NCBI RefSeq assembly: GCF_006345805.1
Contig: NW_021834363.1
Span: 1-50,971, forward strand
DNA from: Octopus sinensis
Taxonomy: Eukaryota
DNA length: 50,971 nucleotides
Reading direction: 5' to 3'
The notes below the pieces were generated by a model. That model saw nothing but the letters and a program-made list of their open reading frames with translations, did no database searches and was not told the DNA's origin. The position numbers and the translations under genes were made by a program. The stretch's first letter is position 1; every line of letters starts with the position of its first letter. Below, in pieces: positions 36,421 to 50,971 of the stretch.

Positions 36421-39056
36421 AGGGAAGGAGAAAGTAACCGTTAAAGACCCCCCTCCCATGGAAGAAGTTCAAAACTTTTGGGAAAGGATTTGGAGTGACT
36501 AGAAGACGTACAACATAAATGCAGACTGGATTATACAAACAGAAGGATCCTACCAAAATTTACAACAACAAGCATGGGAAGGCATCACAATAGCAGACCT
36601 AAGAAAGGCACTCACGAAGGCCCATAATTGGAAATCCCCCGGTAAAGATAGGGTGCCGAATTTCTGGCTCTCATCGCTCCCATGCGCACACGGTTAGCTA
36701 ATTCAGCTGCTCGATGGAATTATGAGAGATCCAAAGAAAACACCTGAATGGTTAGCAAGTGGTATTACCTACCTACTCCCAAAGAATAACGAAACCAAAC
36801 TTCCAAAAAACTATCGGCCTAAAACCTGTCTATCCACCACGTATAAAATCCTAACATCTATCCTGGCGGAGAAAACATATGCATTCATGGAGAAGAACGA
36901 TATTTTCCCCATTGAACAAAAAGGGTGCCGCCGAGGCTCTTACGGATGCAAAGATCAACTGCTAATCAATCGTATGATCCTTGAGAACTGTCACAACAAG
37001 CGCAGAAATCTCAGCTCCGCATGGATTGACTATAAAAAGGCCTTCGATAGTATACCGCATTCATGGATCTTGAAATCGCTGGACATCTTCAAAATTTCCC
37101 CAGTGATTTCAAGCTTCCTGGAGCACAATATGTCGTTGCAGAATACGAATCTCCAATTATACCACTCTAATGGAGTACTTGCTTCAGAGAATATAAACAT
37201 CAACTGTGGAATTTTTCAAGGTGACTCACTTTCACCTCTAATATTCTGCATAGCCCTAATACCCCTTACACGTGAATTAAACAGAACAGGGTATGGGTAT
37301 AAAATTGTCAATAAAAAAATAAGCCATCTATTTTATATGGATGACTTAAAACTCTATGGTAAAGACGATAATGAACTTGAAGGCATATTGCGCACTGTGA
37401 AAGCATTCAGTGATGACATCGGGATGGAGTTTGGGCTTGAGAAGTGTGCCAAGGCCACTTTCCAGTAAGGGAAAGTGAAGACTACAAATTCAGTCGTGTT
37501 AGATGTTGACACAGTCATAAGAGAGCTTGAGCAAGAACAAACATACAAATATTTAGGGATAAATGAAGGCTCTATTATTCAGCATGCAAGCATGAAAGAG
37601 AAGATCAGGAAGGAATGTTATAGGAGAGTTCGAGCAGTCCTGAAATCAAACTAAATGCACGTAACAAGGTGTTAGCTATAAATTCCTTAGCAGTTCCAGT
37701 TGTTACTTATAGCTACAATGTGTTGAACTGGAATATGAGTGAAGTAAAGAATATAGATAGGAAAATACGCAAGCTGCTGAGTTGTAATAGGATGCACCAC
37801 CCAAAGGCATATGTAGATCGCCTTTACCTCCCCAGAGCCCAAGGATGTCGAGGCCTGATCCAATTTGAACTAGCTTACAAAACAACCACAATTGGACTGG
37901 CCAAATATCTTGAAATAACGAATGACTGGATGCTAAAGCTCGTGGAAAATCACGAGAGACGAAAGAAGCTTCATTCTATCATAAAGGAAAGCAAAACATT
38001 TGCTATTGATCTCGTGCAAGATACCCAAACTGAACAACCCGAGGGAAGTACGGCAACTATTGTTTCAAAGAAGGTGAAAATAATGACAACGAAAAAAGCG
38101 CACGAGCAATTGGCTGATAGGTGGGAGGAGAAACCTCTGCACGGCAAATATGTGGTCCGTAGCAAACAAGCTGATGTTGACCAGAAGCAAACCCATCAGT
38201 GGCTACGGAGCTCAGGGCTAAAAGCAGAGAGCGAAGGTTTCATCCTGGCTGCTCAAGATCAAAGCCTATTAACTCGGAACTACCAGGCCAATGTGATGAA
38301 AAATGGAGCAGACCCAAAATGCCGATTCTGCAACGACATGATTGAAACAGTGGGCCACCTAATCTCTGGATGTAAAGTCTTAGCACTAGTGGAGTATAAA
38401 TTAAGACGTGACAGAGTTGGCCAATATCTACACTGGCTAATAAGTCGGCATTACAATATCAAAACTGCCGACAAGTGGTATAATCACCACCCTGAGGCTG
38501 TAACTGAAGGAGAAAATGTAACCATTCTGTGGGACATTCCAGTACATACAGACCGAAACATCAAAGCCAATAAACCAGATATTGTTGTGAAAGACCAAAA
38601 CAATAAAGTTTGCTTATTGATCGACATGAGCATCCCCTTTGATCATAATATCTCGGTGGAAGAATTTGACAAGCTCAGAAAATATAAAGACCTGCTCATT
38701 GAAATTGAGAAAATGTGGCATCTCAAGGCGGTTACAATACCAGTGATCGTAGGAGCACTAGGAATGATCAAGAAGGGAACCGAAAATTATATGAGAATGA
38801 TCCCTGGCTTACCATCCCTGCAAGAAGTGCAAAAGATTGTCTTAACTGGTACATCACACGTATTGAGAAGAGCATTGTCGATGTGAGAACTATTACTACC
38901 CATGTATTTTAATTTAACTTTATTCTATAAAAAAAAATGAACGAACTATTGAGTTTGGTTTAATGGCCTACCAATGTATACTATGAGTTTCTTTGCCCTA
39001 GGATTCGGGAAGACACTCGGCAAGAAATAGAAGCAAATTTGAAAGAAGAAAAACCC
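36421..39056 (+). mobile_element. 5'-truncated R4/Dong element, subfamily A, closely related to 14979-18950
   Basis: RT (YMDD), CRFC...HLISGC and KPDIVV/LIDMSIP. Stops at 36500, about 36696 and 37466; 1-nt deletion near 37650; AAT on both sides. Confidence 0.95.
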
Positions 39057-39097
39057 ATAAACAATAATAATAATAAATAATAATAATAATAATAATA

Positions 39098-39149
<52 letters not shown>

Positions 39150-39159
39150 TATAATAATA

Positions 39160-39894
39160 CGCAAAAGAAATAGACAAAGAAAAATCCCAGCAATGGTTGA
39201 GAAGCTCAGAAACAGAGGGATTTTTAATTGCAGCACAAGACCAAAGCCTCCCCACCAGAAATTACCAAAAACATGTAATGAAAAGAAATATTACAAGTAA
39301 CTGCAGAATATGTGGAGATGGACAAGAAACCTACATACATTGGAAGCTAGGCCAACATTATGGAATAACAACAGAAAAAAGATGGTATAGGCACACACCA
39401 GAAAAGGTCACAGAAAACGAGAAAGCAACCATACTCTGGGATATGCCGATACACACAGATAGAGAAATTAAGGCCAACAGACCAGATATAGTTGTCAGAG
39501 ATCATGAAGAAAAAAATGCTTTCTAATTGATGTATCAATACCGGCAGATGACAACGTGTCTCTAAAAGAAATGGAGAAACTTTCAAAATACAAAGACCTG
39601 GAAATAGAGATAACTAGAATGTGGAACCTGAAAACAGAAACAATTCATATCATAGTAGGTGCATTAGGCATGATGAAAAAAATATTCAGACAAATACATA
39701 ACAAAAACACCAGGACTTACAAACACATATAACATACAGAAAATTGCACTACTAGGCACTGCACACATCCTACGCAGAACACTTTCCATACAATAACCAT
39801 CAGAGCAGCACAACAAATCACAGCACATACCCAAGGCACACAGAGCTGCGCTCGGTAGTGAAGTGAAAGCACGCTATAAAAAATAAAACTACTG
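39160..39894 (+). mobile_element. 5'-truncated R4/Dong subfamily B copy
   Basis: Near-identical to 1666-2484 except for two microhomology deletions; AAT-flanked. Confidence 0.9.
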
Positions 39895-39915
39895 AATAAT
39901 AAAATAATAATAATA

Positions 39916-39962
<47 letters not shown>

Positions 39963-39985
39963 TAATATAATAATAATAATAATAA

Positions 39986-40045
<60 letters not shown>

Positions 40046-40047
<2 letters not shown>

Positions 40048-40197
40048 TGCACTACTAGGCACTTGCACACATCCTACGCAGAACACTTTCCATACAATAA
40101 CCATCAGAGCATCACAACAAATCACAGCACATACCCAAGGCACACAGAGCTGCGCTCGGTAGTGAAGTGAAAGCACGCTATAAAAATAAAACTACTG
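40046..40197 (+). mobile_element. ~150-bp 3' stub of R4/Dong subfamily B
   Basis: Repeats the last codons and 3' UTR of 39743-39894; AAT-flanked. Confidence 0.9.
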
Positions 40198-40303
40198 AAT
40201 AATAATAATAATAATATAATATAATAATAATAATATAATAATAATAATAATAATATAATAATAATAATAATATAATAATAATAATAATAATAATATAATA
40301 ATA

Positions 40304-40362
<59 letters not shown>

Positions 40363-40454
40363 GTAATGATAATAATAATAATAATGATAATGATAATAAT
40401 AATAATAATATAATAATAATAATAATATAATAGTAATAATGATAATAATAATAA
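40198..40454 (+). repeat. (AAT)n microsatellite, end of train 2
   Basis: Direct reading; followed by the conserved flank at 40455-40490. Confidence 0.95.
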
Positions 40455-40516
40455 TGGTTCTGGGCATTCTCACAGTCACAAACACACTCATGTATCTCCT
40501 ATACATAAATACATAC

Positions 40517-40551
<35 letters not shown>

Positions 40552-40578
40552 CATACATATATATATATATATATAATT

Positions 40579-40615
<37 letters not shown>

Positions 40616-40624
<9 letters not shown>

Positions 40625-40780
40625 TACATTAAAAGGCTTCTAAAGGAAGAAGTGAGTACTAGATACACAAAAGTTGGATAAATTCAGTGAAATGAAAATT
40701 ACATTTCACTGAATTTATCCAACTTTTGTGTATCTAGTACTCACTTCTTCCTTTAGAAGCCTTTTAATGTACTTATATAT
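40616..40780. repeat. Perfect inverted repeat: 79-bp arms, 7-nt spacer
   Basis: 40616-40694 is the exact reverse complement of 40702-40780 by hand check. Confidence 0.95.
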
Positions 40781-40858
40781 GAATAACATATAGCCTATGG
40801 CTAAAATGTCTTTTGTGCTAGATCACCGGCGATAATAATTTTTTTATCGCATTTTGAC

Positions 40859-44295
<3,437 letters not shown>

Positions 44296-44398
44296 AATTT
44301 AAAATAATAAGGGTGAAAGTTTGATTATTAACTTGATTAATATCAATTTAAATCCAGTTGTCTAGCATATTGAAAAATTACATTACATATATATGAGA

Positions 44399-44486
44399 GA
44401 TGACCACTAAGTGGCTATCCATTGTGCTAGAGCAAGACCATAGTGGGTCAACTTCTAGCATAATGGATGTCCTCATAGTGATCATC
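44399..44486. repeat. Imperfect 34-bp inverted repeat (27/34) within a repeat related to 48268-48402
   Basis: gatgaccactaagtggctatccattgtgctagag / ttctagcataatggatgtcctcatagtgatcatc; upstream aataagggtga... motif is shared with 48275. Confidence 0.7.
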
Positions 44487-45007
44487 CCTCTTATGTATAT
44501 ACACACATCTGTCTGTACTTGACTCCCGCCTTCGCTGTGAAAAGGAATCAATGTTTTCCCTTCATTCTTTTGCTCCTAATGGTCATAATTCGTCACTTCT
44601 CTTCATCTCATACCCAACCCACTCAGATTAGCACACACGTCCCATATTCGACTGCCCATCTCCTCCACCCACACCGGCTAAATAGGTATCCTCACCATAC
44701 ACAACAAAACACACACTAGCTTAGTCGTACACATACACACACACACGTTCAAATATATCCCCAGATGCCTATGCGTTTGCACACACACATAATAAACGCC
44801 ACACAAATACAAATTTCATACGCCCAGACACATTCTAACCAGCACATGAAACACATCACTCTTTTATTCTCTCCCGCTTTTTTCCCCATTCACTCCTTTC
44901 TTATGAAGAGCATCGGTCCGAAACGTCAAAAAATTATCGATAATAATCATAATGATAATAATAATAATAATAATAATATTAAATAAAAAATATTAATAAT
45001 AATAATG

Positions 45008-45058
<51 letters not shown>

Positions 45059-46924
45059 TAATAATAATAATAATAATGCTTTCTAGTGGAGACATAAAAC
45101 CTGAAATTTGTGGGGTGTTCACTAGTCGATTATATCGACTCCAGTATTTCACTGGTATTTCATTTATCGACTTACATGCACACGCACACGCACATATATA
45201 CATCTAAATGTACAATCTGAAAAACAATTCTTCATTGCTTAATATTTTCTTTCTGTCTGGTTTAATCCAGGTTTTTGTTTATTTTGTTTCGAATCGAATA
45301 AAGAATTTATTTTGATATCGACTATAACGTTGTTTGTCTTTCTTCTCGGAATCCATGTCTCTGGGCGCTTTGTCATACTTCTCTCAAAGCATTTCCGTAT
45401 TTGTGTTTGAGTTTGTGTGTGTAAATGAGGGTGTGGTTGTGGGAGGGTGTGTGTATATGTGTGTATTACTCAAACAGTTGAGACTCATTGTTGGGTCTGT
45501 CAAAAGAATTTTAAAATGAACGACCCTCAAAATCAAGAATTTAAAGGAATTGCAAATGAATGCAAACATGAATTTCAAAACAAAACGTCACATCTTCAAA
45601 TTTTATTTAATTTGATTTTCACGGGAAGGAAAGTTTCATAAAGTCATGTATCGCCTTGACTTTCGAAACGTGGAGTAGATGAAACAAAGGCGATTGAAGA
45701 AGGCGAATTTTCCTTGTTTTGTATGTCCTGTACTTTTTTCGTTGTCAAAGAAAAATGTCCATTTCTTTGGTTTTGTGTTTATGTTTTCGTTTCTCATTGT
45801 GTTCGACGTTTTTTTTTTTTTGGTGTCCTGTACCCATATATGCATGTATATATACAGGTAGAGGTAGGTACTTACATATATGTATGTATATATGCATATG
45901 TTTTATTTATTTATTAATTTATATATATATTATATATATATATATATATTATATATATTATATATATATATATATAATATATATATATATATAATATATA
46001 TAAGGGATAAGCATGTTAGACGGTGAAAATATAAAGTATGATAAATACATGAAATACAAAAATTGTATACATGTATACCTGACACACAGAGTGCAAATGA
46101 TACAGAGAATTAAAGATGTTGAAGTAAAGTATTACAAGTCCAACAGCTGTTTCTGGGGAGTCGGTGGTCCAAAATAATGTTTATAGATTGATTCCATCGT
46201 AGAATGAAATGAGCCTCCATCTTCGGTGATGAGATCTTACATTTGAGATGTTAAAGGTAAGAAGTTCAAAGATGGAATGAATACGTGGAGAGCTAAGTGT
46301 TTTAGAGGGAGAAATTGGGGGAGGTATTCAGATAGGGAATAGTGAGAGGAGAAAATGAATTTCAAGTGTTAGGGGTTAATAAAGAGACTAGTAGGGAGTA
46401 ATAGTAGTAGAGGTGGAAGAGAGGAGGGTTGTGTTGGTGGTAATTGTTGGGATAGCGAGAAAAGAGAATGGCCATTATTTGGGAGGAGTAAGTTGACTGG
46501 TTCAGTGGCTGACGGAGATTACTAAATAGAGAAGTATGAGAGAAGATAGAGGGAGGTGGATGAGAGTGATGGTGGGAGTTGATAGTCTATACCCTCCATA
46601 TTGTCCTATCCAATGCATTCCATATTGTCCTAGGCTAATGATACATGAAGCCTCATAGTAAAAAGACGTTTCTCTCTCTCTCTCTTCCAGATCAGTGGCT
46701 ATCATTGCAATATTAAGATGTTCGCGTTTGTCTGTGTGTCTGTATGTATGTATATGTGTGTTGTGAATGTAAGTGTGTGTATGCGCTCGTGTGTGTGCGC
46801 ATGCGTGCTCAAGCACCTCAGTCTGCTTCCCATTTCCCAGCGTTTGCTCCCTCCTTGAATCTCTTATATCATTTTTATTCTTACATTTTCCGAAGTCCCG
46901 CTATTCTCCATTCGTTTATTCTTT

Positions 46925-47120
46925 TACTTGTTTCAGCCATGCTGGAGCACCGCGCTGAAGTGTTTTAGTCGAGCAAATCGATCCTAGGGCTTACATTTTA
47001 GTCTGGTGCTTATTTTTAAAGGTCTTTTTGCGAAACCGTTAAGTTACGGGGACGGAAACGCACCAACACCGGTTGTCAAACGGTGATGAGGGCACAAACA
47101 TAGAGCATACATACATACAT
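46925..47120 (-). mobile_element. 3' half of a tRNA-derived SINE, same family as 13417-13830
   Basis: gccatgctggagcaccgc...ttagtcgagcaaatcga...aagttacggggacg shared with the 13.4-kb copy. Confidence 0.8.
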
Positions 47121-47124
47121 ACAT

Positions 47125-47790
47125 GTTAGGATCCGTTCATCTTACTAAAGTTGCAGTGAACATAGTGAAAGCCATAACTAACCTGACTTCATCGAGGGCC
47201 GCCATCTTGAAATTAAACACAAACAGTGACTGTATTATCATTGGCAGAATACAGTATGGCAAAGGCATATTCCAATGGGACAGCCTTTCTGTGATGTTGT
47301 TTATACTTTCTGAAAACCCCTTGTCATTCATGTTAAGGAAGTCTGAGGAATATCTCACTGGTTCACAAGGAAACAGACATGCCAAAACTACACACTGTTT
47401 CTTTGTGGTTGGTTTCAAACTATATGCCATGAATGTGTATGAGATGAAAAAAAAAGCCTTGGCCTAGTTACGACATTCTCAAAGGAAGTAGGGTTGGAGT
47501 TTGGTCAGGATAAATGTTATAAGGTTGTGAAAAGGGGGAAAACTATAAACCAGACCAACAACATTTCCGTCAATGATTTAATTGATTCCTCTATATCTGA
47601 TGAGGAATATTACTGATATCTGGAGGTGCATGAATACATATCTTATATTGGCACCTGTAACAAAACACATGCCACAAAAGACTATCACAGCCAAATAAAG
47701 AAAATTTGAACCTCAGAACTCTTTGCATTCGATGAAACAGTGGCCCACACACAAAGATAAATTGATAGATACAACTGAGTATTTCTATAG
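47125..47790 (+). mobile_element. Lineage-C R4-like LINE RT fragment beginning right after (ATAC)n
   Basis: GIFQWDSLSVMLFILSENPLSFMLRK...HCFFVVGFKLY, homologous to 26666-27060; 5' junction catacatacatacatacat|gttagg. Confidence 0.8.
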
Positions 47791-47822
47791 TTATAGATGT
47801 ATATGTATACATGTATATGTGT

Positions 47823-47858
<36 letters not shown>

Positions 47859-47862
<4 letters not shown>

Positions 47863-48652
47863 TTTATACATAAATATAAGAGAGTAACCACTATGTGGTC
47901 GACTCTAGCACTAAAAATAGATCCGCTAGGTTTCAGCCACAAAGAATTGTTTCCGATGAAAGTTAGCACGACTACTAGCGTAAACGAACAAGGCAAATAA
48001 AAATAACAAAAATGCAGATTAATTCAGGACAATTGTTTTGCTATTAATAAATTATGTAATTTTACTCACATAACATATCTGTAGCTCTTCAGCCGAAACG
48101 GTCCAGAATACAATTTACTCAACCGCACGCTAGATTTTACCATAACGATAAACACACGTGCGGTTCGGTCGATTGCATTCGCTGTTATAATTCAAGTGCC
48201 CCTTCCACAGCCTGCCAAAATTCACGGAAACAGATAATACATCCAAAATTATATGTAGTATAATTACAATCAACTAATAAGGGTGAGAAAATTGGATACT
48301 AATTTAATAGTACATCCATTTAACACCAAGTGGCTTAGTGCATAAAAAACCTGGATTTCGATAAATTTTATACATAAATATAAGAGAGTAACCACTATGT
48401 GGTATTTTTGTTATTTTTATTTGCCTTGTTCGTTTGCGCTAGTAGTCGTGCTAACTTTCATCGGAAACAATTCTTTGTGGCTGAAACCTAGCGGATCTAT
48501 TTTTAGTGCTAGAGTCGACCACATAGTGGTTACTCTCTTATATTTATGTAAAAATTTATCGAAATCCAGGTTTTTTAAGCACTAAGCCACTTGGTGTTAA
48601 ATGGATGTACTATTAAATTAGTATCCAATTTTCTCACCCTTATTAGTTGATT
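47859..48652. repeat. 504-bp unit, restart of the unit, then an inverted copy spanning the unit junction; (TA)n-flanked
   Basis: 47859-47898 is repeated at 48363-48402. 48404-48557 is the reverse complement of 47859-48013, and 48519-48652 is the reverse complement of 48268-48402. Confidence 0.9.
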
Positions 48653-48756
48653 ATATATATATATATATGTACATGTAATATGTACACACACATATATACA
48701 CATATATACATACATACATATATACACCCATACACATATACACAAACACGTACATA

Positions 48757-49100
48757 GTGCGGGTGTGGCTGTGTGGTAACACACTTGGTTCCAAAACACA
48801 TGGTCCTAGGTTCAGTCCCACTGTGTGGTGACTTGGCATATATCTTCTGCTATAATCTCACACCAACCAAAGCCTTGTCAGTGGATTTCGTAGACAGAAA
48901 CTGAAAGAAATCAATCGTATATATATGTATGTATATATGTAAGTGTATGTGTGTGACTTTATTTCTGTGTTTCGCCCTCATCACTGCTTCACAACTGCTG
49001 TTCGTTTATTTACATCCCCATAACTTACTGGTTTCACAAGAACAAACTAACAGAATAAATACTAGGCTTATCAACATGAAAAAAGCACTAGGCTATCTCA
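48757..49100 (+). mobile_element. Degenerate tRNA-derived SINE
   Basis: gtggctgtgtggtaa...ggttcagtcccactg...gaaactgaaagaa, matching the 13.4-kb copy. Confidence 0.8.
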
Positions 49101-49189
49101 TATTTTTGTTTGCCCACTCAGGTGTATCTATCAATTTATCTTTGTGTGTGTGTTTCTATATATATATATAATTGACACAAACATACACG

Positions 49190-49288
<99 letters not shown>

Positions 49289-49307
49289 GTATATGTGCAC
49301 ATTCATA

Positions 49308-50971
49308 TCTTTTATATCAAAGTCAATGTCTTTATGTGTGTTCGTGTGTCACTTATACATTCGAAAACTGCTGCACCGATCGTCATAAAATTTGGAACAC
49401 AAAGTCCAACCCTAGGGAGAAGGGTAATGCTGTGTGTTTCATACAATTTCATGGACTAAAATTACTAAATGGATCCTTATGATATTTGACACTTATATTC
49501 AATGCATTAGTGCAGGTAAAATACAAAATGTTTGGCTTGAATTTCAAATGGCTTAAAGGGGGCAGAACCCCCGTGAAAATTCATAAATTTTCGATGTTGA
49601 TGAAATTTCAGCCATGGGTAATTAACACACATCAAGAAGTATTCTCAAAGTTTCCACTTCACATGAGGATTCTAAGACACCCTAATGGGGGCCTTAACTC
49701 CCAAATTTTAGTCATTTCTTTTATGATCCAAAACTAAGTCAAAAGTACTGAATGGATCTTTACGAAATTTGGAAATTATATTCTATGCATAACGGCCATA
49801 ACCCCCATGGCAATTCATGTATTTTTGCTGTTGATGACATTTTAACTATAGATATTTGATACAAATGAAGTAATATAAAATTTCATCTTACAAGTTAGAA
49901 AGACCCCTTCATGGGGACTTAACACCCACAATTTAGTCATTTTATCTAAGCAAAGACGAATGGAGTTGTGCTCTTGGAAGCTGTGGGGTCATCCGAGCAT
50001 ATCAGATAAGCATTATTTGTAATTCAATGGTACAACAGTGTAAGAGTTTGCTTTGACATACACTTAAATTGTGATTTCTGCAATGTGCTGCATAAATTGT
50101 CAAGTAAATGAGAGGCATCTTTGTTTCCACTAATTCAGTTGCAAAGTGTGGAGTAAAGTTATTTGATTGCAGACCTCCTTTCAGTCTTTTTATTATCACT
50201 GGGTCACACATAGTCCCTAGATGGTAACATTGATTTCAAGGTCTTCCCAGATGAGTGACTGGTTATTCAAAGACATTTATAGATTGTAAATTTATTCTGT
50301 CCAGTTACGTATCAGCATAGTGGTCATTTGTAAATTCCAACTTTCATTTCTCCTTGGCCATCACGTCACATAGTTGTTAATGTTTATTTCAGATGGGTCA
50401 CGCCCTACCAATTGCTATAGATTCGTAATGCATCTTACGGCTGTGCCTGTCACCTGGATGGTGAGGAATCCTACATTGGGAGTGGTAACGACTAGGGTAC
50501 TGTAGCTGACTGCTTATTGTTATCATTCATCGTTTGGTTTCCTGTAGCTTTGCTCCCTTCTACAAATCCAGTGAACATATATTTCCTATTTCAAAGAAAT
50601 TCAAGCTGTACATATAAGACCCAAGTAAAAAAGATTCTCAAAAGTTCAACTTCTCTGGTTGACATTAAGACCCCCACCCCCAATAGGGGCCTTAACATTT
50701 TAGAGCTCCGTGAGCTCCATTTTACAGGAGCAAAATCCTTTTAACAGGTTCTATAAGACTGGAATTTTGGAATATGCGCATAAAAATCAGTACTATGGGA
50801 TACATGTGGCACGATTACAATTTTTTAGGGTGTGTAAAGAGGGAAATAACCCTCATCTGTAATTTTGATGAAATTCGAAACATAGGTATTCCAGTTCATT
50901 ACAGAAAATATTACAAAAAGTCTAATTCTTCAATTGTATGTAACACGGGCAACGCCGGGTAACTCTGCTAG
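49308..50971 (+). mobile_element. Probable non-autonomous Helitron ending at the window edge
   Basis: 3' end cacgggcaacgccggg...ctgCTAG matches the 24967-24994 terminus; candidate A|TC start at 49308; internal sub-repeats ggggccttaac (about 49688, 49912, 50686). The 5' boundary is inferred. Confidence 0.7.

Noticed and set aside
36128-36502. ATG overlapping the host stop (ATGA), in frame through the AAT tract into the R4 ORF, resembling stop-restart coupling
   Set aside because: One-in-three chance of frame match, dependent on an unstable microsatellite length; stops at 36500 and about 36696; the overlap comes from the derived 16-nt insertion.

Overview
Repeat-dense, AT-rich eukaryotic DNA, most likely an invertebrate. 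The tRNA-derived SINEs, R4/Dong LINE load and (AAT)n/(ATAC)n/(TA)n microsatellites resemble an octopus genome (inference). There is one convincing host gene: an intronless 740-aa ORF (33909-36131, +) encoding a signal peptide, a Cys-containing ectodomain and about 9-11 hydrophobic segments, which I cannot assign to a named family. The 3' end of a frameshifted paralog occupies 1-526, about 35.6 kb upstream. Both paralogs are followed, 65-100 bp after the stop, by the same ancestral (AAT)n tract with the same left and right flanks. In each copy the tract has independently filled with a head-to-tail, co-oriented train of RLE-type (R4/Dong clade) retroelements, about 10.2 kb and 4.2 kb long. A divergent R4-like lineage appears to use (ATAC)n instead. 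The rest is a mosaic of Gypsy, Penelope, mariner, piggyBac, Helitron and SINE relics, a local duplication (about 21.7-32.4 kb), and palindromic/foldback structures in (TA)n-rich DNA (40.6-48.7 kb). Nearly all short ORFs in the track are TE fragments or microsatellite artefacts. No rRNA, tRNA gene or CRISPR array was seen. All identities and counts are by-eye or hand estimates.
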